The translations under genes were made by a program, and so were the position numbers. From Octopus vulgaris (Eukaryota): a stretch of 64,000 nucleotides of DNA. The stretch spans positions 77,004,001-77,068,000 of the forward strand of contig OX597821.1 in NCBI GenBank assembly GCA_951406725.2, given 5' to 3'. This document shows positions 54,593 to 64,000 of the stretch, in pieces (the stretch's first letter is position 1; every line of letters begins with the position of its first letter). The notes beneath the pieces were generated by a model. That model saw only the letters and a program-made list of their open reading frames with translations. It had not been told where the DNA came from and did not search any database.

Positions 54593-54693
54593 ATCATTAT
54601 TATTTTTGTTGTTGTTGTTCAGGGAACTGCTTGAAATCGAACGCGGAATCTTGGGGTTAGTAGTACGCGCTCTTAATCACTACGTTATATGCC
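54256..54693 (-). mobile_element. tRNA-headed SINE-like element carrying a hammerhead ribozyme
   Basis: Minus strand: GGCATATAACGTAGTGATTAAGAGCGCG..CTACTAA..GCGTTCGATTTC (decayed A and B boxes), (AAT)n spacer, hammerhead, then an AT-rich tail ending at TA repeats. Confidence 0.65.
54329..54374 (-). ncRNA. Minimal type I hammerhead ribozyme, intact core
   Basis: gacac-CTGATGA-aggttgg-aaggtata-tcagcc-GAAA-cg-TT-gtgtt. Stem III is the palindrome AACGTT with a GUU triplet. Confidence 0.85.
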
Positions 54694-54967
54694 ATATGTA
54701 AATAATCTACTAGGATATCTTGAACATTGACTGATGAGTTATCAGTTGCGAATTTTCCATGTATTATGTTTTTGCTAATTTTCTGTTTGTTATATTTTCG
54801 TTAAATTCTTCCCTCTGTTGTGTTACCGAAATGCCTTGTTCTGTTATATATGCATAATTATTCTTTTTCTGTTGTATAGCCGAAAGGCCCTTTTCTGTTG
54901 CATAAATATCTATGTATAGCAACGCACTCCCTATTTGTTTTCACACATATGCACATTCATATATATA

Positions 54968-55143
54968 TATTGATTGATTCTGATTGATTGATTCTAGTTT
55001 CAGCTCACGAGCTGTGGCCATGCTGGGGCACCGCCATTTGGTGTTGCTACATGGTTTTACTTCACGAATGCTTTTTAGCAACTGCCATTTGGTGCATGAG
55101 AGAGTTCGATGCAGCTGCCCTCATCTGTACCTCCTGCCGTGAA
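54968..55143 (-). pseudogene. CR1/L2-group LINE extreme 3' end with (AATC)n tail
   Basis: SRQEVQMRAAASNSLMHQMAVAKKHS*, then GGCGGTGCCCCAGCATGGCCACAGCTCGTGAGCTGAAACTAG(AATC)n. Confidence 0.85.
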
Positions 55144-55629
55144 TAATGTTGAATAATGTTGAACGAATGAGAAAGGAGTGCTCAAAACATGTTGCTTAGG
55201 AAATGTTTTTCCTTATTAAAACGGAAAATGAAAGTTCGCCTCGCGACTCGGCACCACTGCGATCTTGACGTGGTTCGCCGGAAGATTGCATTCATGTGAA
55301 AATCGAATAATGAGACAAACGTTCAGTTTCAGTTTTAATAAAAAGAACCTACACACACACACACGCGCTCACACACACAGACACACAAACATGCACACAT
55401 ATGCGCTTGCTCCTACACACACACAAATCATTTAACAAAGACAGGATTTATTTTCGAGCTACTATTAGCTCCATGCTGTAAAAGCACAATTTTTGGAGGC
55501 TAGCTTGTATAGCATGCCGTGTATATCCAAGCAATCAGTCAAACTCAAAAATGCAGCATGGCTGGTCTTTGTAAAAAACGAGAAAGGTGTGTGACGTGTG
55601 TGGGTGTTTGTGTGTGGGGGTGTGCGTTT

Positions 55630-55835
55630 GTCTTCCACCATCACTTGACAACCGGTGTTGGTGGGTTTACGTCCCCGTAACTTAGCGATTTGTCAAAAGA
55701 ACTGATAGAATGAGTACCAGGCTTACAAAAAAAAAGAGAAAATGTAATGGAATTGATTCATTCGGTTAAAAATTCTTCGACACGGTGCTCCAGCATGGCC
55801 ACAGTCAAACGATTGAAACAAGTAAAAGGTAAAAG
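55630..55835 (+). mobile_element. SINE family B 3' half
   Basis: CTTGACAACCGGTGTTGGTG...CGGTGCTCCAGCATGGCCACAGTCAAA...GAAACAAGTAAAAG. Confidence 0.85.
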
Positions 55836-55905
55836 ATAACTCCTCTGTTCATGCTGCTATACTAGGTGCTTACCAATGCCACATATATATATATCTATAT
55901 ATCTA

Positions 55906-55961
<56 letters not shown>

Positions 55962-56000
55962 ATCTATTTATCTATCTATCTATCTACCTATCTATCTATC

Positions 56001-56031
<31 letters not shown>

Positions 56032-57239
56032 TATATTTTTTTACTGTTTATATGTTTGTACTGTCGTTACCGTCTTGCTTTTTTTACCCCTCTGCGACAA
56101 GATCTCAGAATTTTAATTGATTTGCTTTTCGCAGGAAGGAATTTTTCATTCGAAGTATACGTCTCGCTTTTATCCTTCGAAACGTTTAGTAGATGAAACT
56201 TTAGCGACTGAAGAAGGGGATTTTTCGTTGTGCTTATTGTCCTGTATCTCCTTTTTTTGCTTGTCTTGTTCCGTGGTTTGTGTCTATGTTTTTCGTCTCT
56301 CTATGTGTTCGACGTCCTTTTGGTGTCCTGTACACATATATGCGTGTATATGTACATGTAGAGGTAGGTACGTACATATATGTTTATATATATGCATATA
56401 TTTTATTAACATATTATACGACTAAACGCACGCACCCTATTAAGTAAGATTGTTCTGTTTATCAAGTTCGCCTTGATATTAACTCTCACGCGACTCTGCA
56501 CCTTTCTTTCTTTCTCTCCCATTCCCTTTTTCGTCTTTTTTCCCTCACTTAACTTGTCTCTTCCTCTCTCTCTCCCCCTCACTGTTCTTCATGGTCTCCT
56601 CGCACCATTCCCCTTCTTCTCTCTCTTCCTCTTGCTCCTCCTCCCCCATTCCCGTCGTCCATCTGCGACGTACTTCCGTCGTAACTGCTATCCCGTCCTT
56701 TCTCACCTGCCTTCTAAGGCCACTGGTCGACATCTTCCTCTCTCGTCGTCCACTATAATCCAGCGTTTGCAATACTTTTTTCGTCTGGCGTTAACAGCCC
56801 TTCTTATCTTGTTCTCCTTGTCTTGTCTCTCACTGTTATATATTTATTTTTCCACTGTTTATATATATTTTTTTACTGTTTATATGTTTGTACTGTCGTT
56901 ACCGTCTTGCTTTTTTTACCCCTCTGCGACAAGATCTCAGAATTTTAATTGATTTGCTTTTCGCAGGAAGGAATTTTTCATTCGAAGTATACGTCTCGCT
57001 TTTATCCTTCGAAACGTTTAGTAGATGAAACTTTAGCGACTGAAGAAGGGGATTTTTCGTTGTGCTTATTGTCCTGTATCTCCTTTTTTTGCTTGTCTTG
57101 TTCCGTGGTTTGTGTCTATGTTTTTCGTCTCTCTATGTGTTCGACGTCCTTTTGGTGTCCTGTACACATATATGCGTGTATATGTACATGTAGAGGTAGG
57201 TACGTACATATATGTTTATATATATGCATATATTTTATT

Positions 57240-57245
<6 letters not shown>
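56032..57245 (+). mobile_element. Partial tandem element with apparently identical ~380-bp direct repeats (period 832 bp), Penelope-like
   Basis: 56032-56413 equals 56864-57245 (ORF-track peptides at 56117 and 56949 are identical). It is flanked by TA microsatellites and contains hammerhead-like halves. Confidence 0.65.
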
Positions 57246-57291
<46 letters not shown>

Positions 57292-57562
57292 CACATATAT
57301 ATACATATATGAACAGTCGAGTATTTCACACACACACACACACTCAGATACAAAAACATACAACAGTACTTATGTATGTGCGTATACGTAAGTGTGCTTG
57401 GATATGTGTGGTTGTGTGTGTGTGTATGTGTACGTGTGTGTGTAAAGACGCTGAAAACCATCAGAAAAGCCACATATTTGTTAATGCCACACATACAAGC
57501 ACGCGCGAGACACAAAGACACTAGTCTACACAGCCACCTATGCACACACACACACACAGACT

Positions 57563-57599
<37 letters not shown>

Positions 57600-58277
57600 A
57601 CACACACATACACACACACTAGAATATCTCGCTATGGATCTCTGAATTTATGAATCGGACCAACAGACAGTTCACATAAACATACATTTCACGTCTTTCC
57701 GGTAGATGGCGGATGTAAAAACAAGCGTAAATCAGTGATGCGGAACCAACTATTTTGAAGTGATATCTGTGAACTAATGACCATGCAATCATATAGTTTA
57801 CGTCTATTTCATCAAAAGTTCAACGGCGAATTGATATTTTATTTCTCCCGAATAAACTATTCAGCTGTCATCAGATATTCGTGTACACACACACACACAC
57901 ACACACGCACACACACACACACACACACACACGTACATACACACTCACACACACACACACACATACATACATACATATACATGCATACATACATACATAA
58001 ATATATATACATGCATAATATATATAGATAAGTATACATAATTATGAATGTATATATATATATATATATATATGCATATATACATACGTACATATGTGGT
58101 TGTTATAAGAATCTATATAAAATAAAAATATGTGTATATGATATATACATCTATTCATATATATGTGTGTGTGTGTGTGTGTATTTATATATATATTTAT
58201 ATATATGTATATATGTATATATATATTTATGTACATATATATATGTGTCTGTATATACATATATATGTATATATATG

Positions 58278-58405
<128 letters not shown>

Positions 58406-59066
58406 GATATATATATATAAGTTCGGTCCCACTTGACGGTAACTTTGCGCCGACAAGGGAGTGAATTTAGTAGACGGAAGCTATGTGGAGACCGGTCCAG
58501 TATATGTCGTTGCTATTATGCAAAAGTGTCGTAAGTCCAAAACTTTGCTTTTGCAGAAAATGTAAAAATAGTTTCACCATTCCATAGGAAAACTGTTCTA
58601 CTACACTTTGACAAATTTCGATATCTTGGCATCTGAAGCAGCTGGAGATACGATAGTTTGACCAAAAGAATCGGCTATTGCAAGCAAAAATAAATATTGA
58701 AAAAAATGCATTTGGCAAAATGTGGACATACGACAGTTTAACATAATAGCAACGATATATATTTATACACATTTGTTCACTTTCCTATGTCCACTCTGTA
58801 TTGCTTCTATTGCTCTCGGCCCTGTATTCTCTGCAACTTTGGCGGGCACCGCCGGCAGGAGAAGTTCTCAGTCGTATCATTAATGGCGCGAAACTGAGTA
58901 ATACCACTTGGTTGATAACTGATAAAGAATTAGGGATCTTCTGAGCCTGTCTCCCGTCGGTTGCACACTCAGGATACGTTTTGTCGTTTGTTCATTTAGC
59001 ACACAATTTTTTTTCATTTATTAGTAACGCAAAGCAACGCACCCCAACTTGTATTAACAGTGTTTG

Positions 59067-59100
<34 letters not shown>

Positions 59101-59157
59101 TACATATACATACATAATACATACATACATACATACATACATACATACATACATACA

Positions 59158-59190
<33 letters not shown>

Positions 59191-59369
59191 TATAAATTAG
59201 AAAAAAAACACCTTTTATCAATTCAAAATGAAAAAGTTAAATTACACCATCTACAAAATTACATATAATAGAAATATTAAATATAAAATAATAATATACC
59301 GATGATTAAGTAATGTGCAAAATAATAAATAAAGCGTTTAATTTGTATATATATAATATATATAAAGCG

Positions 59370-59468
<99 letters not shown>

Positions 59469-59524
59469 TATATATACATATATACTGGCATATATATATA
59501 TACGTACATTCACACACACACATT

Positions 59525-59555
<31 letters not shown>

Positions 59556-59663
59556 TTGTGTGTCTGTGTTTGTCACCCCCAACGTTGCTTGACAACCGAA
59601 TTTGGAGTGTTTACGTCACTCAAACAGTAGCGGTTCGGCAAAAGTGACCGATAGAATAAATAT

Positions 59664-59900
59664 AACAAACTTTACTGCGGTAGACACCACGAGTGAAATG
59701 CTCATGTTGTCTTTCGGTGCAACATGCACTCCTTTTTAATATCGCTAGCAGGGAGACAAACCCTCACCACCTCCATTACTGAGACCACCAGGATGCATAA
59801 TTTCGACCTTCCTCGGTCTTATTAATAATGAACGGTCGACCGCTAGGGATAGTAGCAAAGTGGAGATTAGCATTACAACCAGGTATTAATACTGCCTCTA
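59664..59900. repeat. Unclassified ~235-bp interspersed repeat, copy 1 (copy 2 at 62374-62610)
   Basis: AACAAACTTTACTGCGGTAGA...GTCTTTCGGTGCAACATGCACTCC...GGTATTAATAC.GCCTCTA at both sites. A 32-bp tandem duplication follows at 59888-59954. Confidence 0.85.
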
Positions 59901-59962
59901 ACGCTGTGATAGAGTACTCAATACTGCCTCTAACGCTGTGATAGAGTACTCAATCTGGTGAT

Positions 59963-60128
59963 TTAAAGGACGCAATACATGTCTTTAAGTGCTACCAATA
60001 GTTTATTATATTGAGAAATATTTTTAGTCCGTTATGATATGTGGTTTGTGCCTGATGAATATATTTGGGATATTTCTCAACATATGAAACTATTAGTAGC
60101 ACTGAAAAACATGTATTGCATCCTTTAA
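59963..60128. repeat. Fold-back element (imperfect arms of about 59 bp) overlapping a hammerhead
   Basis: TTAAAGGACGCAATACATG...TTGAGAAATAT is mirrored by ATATTTCTCAA...CATGTATTGCATCCTTTAA. Confidence 0.85.
60048..60102 (+). ncRNA. Type I hammerhead ribozyme, intact core
   Basis: gtgc-CTGATGA-atat[atttggga-tatt-tctcaac]atat-GAAA-cta-t-tag-TA-gcac. Predicted cleavage after GUA at 60098. Confidence 0.85.
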
Positions 60129-60130
60129 GT

Positions 60131-60166
<36 letters not shown>

Positions 60167-60561
60167 GTGCCAGCAGTTCAGCAAACCAAGACACCAACAT
60201 AAGCACCATCACTCTTTCAGTAGCGATAGGAAACATGTGACAGGGGCGGATAGAGGATGCTAGAGTAAGTTTTCAGTTTTGAACCTACGCACAGGCAACT
60301 TTACTATGACGGTCGTTTTCTAGAGCCGTACGCCGAGCAGCTGTACTTTGTTGAACACCCTCATTCGTAGAAGCGACGAAATAATCCATGAGGTAATGAT
60401 GCAATGACTAATCTGTTTATTATGGGGTCCTTGCAGCCAAGAATACAAAACTTCCCTGTTTTCTAACTCTGATGAAGAAGTGATACAAACTCGAGTTTCT
60501 TTTACTTCTCCAAGCATTGAGTTGCCAAACTCTTCTACGTATATTCTTTACTCTTTCTCTT

Positions 60562-60957
60562 TTTACTCTTTTTACATGTTTCAGTCATTTGACTGCGGCC
60601 ATGCAGGAGCACCGCCTTTGGTCGAGAAAATCGACCCCGGGACATATTCTTTGTAAGCCCAGTACTTATTCTATCGGTCTCTTTTGCCGAACCGCTAAGT
60701 GACGGGGACGTAAACACACCAGCATCGGTTGTCAAGCAATGCTAGAGGAACAAACACATACACATACATACATATACATATATATACATATATACGACAG
60801 GCTTCTTTCAGTTTCCGTCTACCAAATCCACTCACAAGGCATTGGTCGGCCCGGAGCTATAGCAGAAGACACTTGCCCAAGATGCCACGCAGTGGGACTG
60901 AACCCGGAACCATGTGGTTGGTTAGCAAGCTACTTACCACACAGCCACTCCTGCGCC
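60562..60957 (-). mobile_element. Full-length SINE family B
   Basis: Closely matches 42608-43009 (near-identical artefactual ORF translations). Confidence 0.9.
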
Positions 60958-61091
60958 TCTTTATTCAATTTTTTAAAAAAAACGAAACAGAAGCGGTAGA
61001 TTAACACTGGATTTCCACAGAGTCTCCGAACTTTTGTCTTTCCCACTACATTTCTTCCTTCTCTATTAATTCTAACACTTACCTTTTCCAT

Positions 61092-61125
61092 TTTCCGAAG
61101 AAGGACTGACGTCCGACACGTCAAA
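61092..61125 (+). ncRNA. Decayed minimal hammerhead with CCGAAGA core
   Basis: ttt-CCGAAGA-aggac-tgac-gtcc-GACA-cg-TC-aaa. GAAA is mutated to GACA. Confidence 0.55.
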
Positions 61126-61760
61126 GACACTTTTCCTTCATTTTAAGCATTAAGCTAATGTTCTCTTTCTTAAAACTTGTTCCTCTCGTTTTTTTTTCTC
61201 TTCTGCTCATTACCGAGAAAAGCATATACTTTGTTCACTTATAAAAACATATCGTATGTGGTCCAGATCAGGAGCGTTAAAATACAATAGAGTCAATTTA
61301 TGCCTGACACGTTTATTATAGAAATAAAAGACGGCGACAAAATGTATATCGCTTTATTATAATACATTATTTTACATCATAAACATTCCTGACCAGTTTT
61401 ATAATTTACACATTCCCACAACTTCTTTTGCCATTCTTGAATTTCGTCTGTAATTCTAGCACGTCTTCTACACATCAAAACTTCACATCTTTTTCCGTCC
61501 GAACCGTCGTCGTCGTCGTCGTAGACATCTTCGTAATCATCGTCATCATCATCATCATCATCATCATCACCAGCAGCACCATCACCACCACCACCACCAT
61601 CTTCTTCTTCTTCTTCTTCTTCTTCTTCTTCTTCTTCTGCTAGATATGATAATGATGATGCTGATAGTGTTGTCCTTATACTTTATTCAACTTTTATGGA
61701 TTTTGTTTTCAAATGTTTCGCAAACACACATGCCTATGTTGAGCGCACACGTGTGCGTAT

Positions 61761-61809
<49 letters not shown>

Positions 61810-62000
61810 AGCGTGTGCGTGTCCGTGTGTATATATACATACACACACACACATCCCCTTGATATGTATATATATATGTATGTATATTTATATATATGTA
61901 CATATATGTGTGTGTGTGTCTATATATATATATATACATATATACAAAGAACGAAAGAGAGAGAAAGATATATAGATATTGTTGTTGATATATATGCATA

Positions 62001-62063
<63 letters not shown>

Positions 62064-62373
62064 ATGAAATTAGGCAGCAGTTTATCAATGTGTCACCAAA
62101 AAGGAAAGGTTATAAGTGTCATTAAATATCATAGAGGGTGTTAGAAATTGCTAGAAATAAGAACTAAAGTACTCTGATGCTGCAGTCAACGCACATAATT
62201 GTATATGTGCATACTGACAGCGACCGTAAACGGCCGAAATCGGCCGTCGTGTGACCTCTATATGTATGTGTGTGTGTATGTGTGTGTGTGTGTGTGTGTG
62301 TACATGTGTGTGTGTGTACATGTGTGTGTGTGTATTAATCCCTATTCAAATTCAAACGTGGATGTTCTGTTAG

Positions 62374-62610
62374 AACAAACTTTACTGCGGTAGATTCCAT
62401 GAGTGGAATGCTCATATTGTCTTTCGGTGCAACATGCACTCCTTTTTTATATCGCTAGCTGAGAGACAAACCCTCACCCCCTCCAGTACTGAGACCACCA
62501 GGACACATAATTTTGACCTTCCTTGGTCTTATCAATAATGGACGTTCGACCGCTAGGGACAGTAGCAAAGTGGATATTAGTATTACCACCCGGTATTAAT
62601 ACAGCCTCTA
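62374..62610. repeat. Unclassified ~235-bp interspersed repeat, copy 2
   Basis: Matches 59664-59900 with scattered substitutions. Confidence 0.85.
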
Positions 62611-62705
62611 TCGTTAATATATATATATATATATATATACATACATACATACATGCATATATATATACATACATACATACACACATACATACATACATAC
62701 ATATA

Positions 62706-62736
<31 letters not shown>

Positions 62737-62873
62737 GCATGTGTGTGTGTGTGTGTAGCATTTATTTGAATGAGACAAGTTACAAGGTCAATAATACTCC
62801 TCATCAAAGCTGACATATATCGAAACACAGAGGGCATATACAGGTCATTATAAGCATGCGAACACATAACATA

Positions 62874-62935
<62 letters not shown>

Positions 62936-63138
62936 CATATACATACATACATACATACATACATACATACATACATACATACATACACACATATTAGTGT
63001 AATTCCGTTCCCAAACCAAAGTCGGATAAGTAGTTGCATAAATTCATACAGATAAATTAAGTAGTACAAGCTGATGAGATAACAGCGCACAATATGCCAA
63101 AAGGGAAGTCCTCAAATGAAACTAATAAATAGAAAGTG

Positions 63139-63224
63139 TCTTACGGGCGTTTCCGGGAACGTGCGAAGAAAGGTGTAGGGAGAACCTTTTGAACTTCAGT
63201 AATCCACATTTCCTTCATCAGAGA
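63139..63224 (-). ncRNA. Type I hammerhead ribozyme, intact core, extended stem II
   Basis: tct-CTGATGA-aggaaatgtg[...aaaggt...accttt...]cacgttcccg-GAAA-cg-cc-cg-TA-aga with a GUA triplet. Confidence 0.75.
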
Positions 63225-64000
63225 ATATGTACGAATTTGGAGTTTTTAAACAAAATCATAAGATTATTCGTGGGATTATAAAAATATGTTTAAGAATATA
63301 CAGTAATTATGTACAAGTATAAAAATATCATAGATTCTGGGATTCCATGTCGTTTGGTGAATGTTCATAATTGATTTTTTATTACCCACAAGGAGCCAAC
63401 GAAGAAGATTTAATGCAATCTGATTTGGGTGTCAGATGAGCGAATGATTATACAAAAAATGACATTAAAATTTTTTACAAAAATAAGAAAATATAATAAA
63501 ATTGAATGGTAGGACAGACCGGAAGACATTACAGATGGAGTGGGGGGGTTAATTTAGACCCCACGATCCCGCCTCGCCACTGATACCTGAGTTACATCCT
63601 GTGTCGCATTCATGAGGTTCCATCCACACGCAACATCCGTGCTACATTCTTCCATCGATTTTCAAACATTTTCACAGTCAGGTATTTTCTCTCTAGCGCG
63701 AATGTTCATAATGTAAAACTATTAAGAAAACTTTTTAAATATTTTTACTAAATTTATACGTTTAGTTAATCCATGAAATCTGTGCGAATATAAGCAGCTA
63801 GGACGTGTACAACATTTGATGGGATAAGACGATTAAAATGTTTTGATTAAATAATGATTATACTGCGAAAAATTTTAAAGTAGAAAAGTACATATGTCGA
63901 TATGAGATCAAACACTCCGAGAATCTTGTTAAGCAATAATTTTTTATCTGTTCGAAGTATGTTAATGGCCTCCTTGATGCATAATTTGCAAACTTTTGTA

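Noticed and set aside
57706-57786. Minus-strand exon candidate of about 81 nt (CAG ... GTATGT)
   Set aside because: Weak acceptor, phase incompatible with the 50243 exon candidate, and no homology recognised.
60462-60502. CTGATGA followed by AAACTCGAGTT
   Set aside because: Stem II 3' strand and the G of GAAA are missing and there is no stem I. At best a deleted relic.

Overview
This is AT-rich, microsatellite-saturated, gene-poor animal DNA. Its SINE and microsatellite repertoire resembles octopus (coleoid cephalopod) genomic sequence; that is an inference from pattern recognition, with no search run. Nearly all ORFs in the supplied track are microsatellite or SINE artefacts, and no complete protein-coding gene can be supported. 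One possible coding exon lies at 50070-50243 (-). The window holds several tRNA-derived SINE families, remnants of CR1/L2-like, RLE (R4/Dong-like), L1/Tx1-like and Penelope-like retroelements, a Helitron, and Merlin, mariner, hAT and piggyBac-type DNA transposon remnants. The most striking signal is absent from the ORF track: about a dozen sequence-unrelated minimal type I hammerhead ribozyme (HHR) motifs. Five have intact cores (21550, 28972, 54329, 60048, 63139) and the rest are variant or decayed. Several sit in fold-back elements. One forms the 3' part of a tRNA-headed SINE-like element (54256-54693), and three carry a CCGANGA core instead of CUGANGA. All folds were made by eye, and repeat boundaries are approximate.
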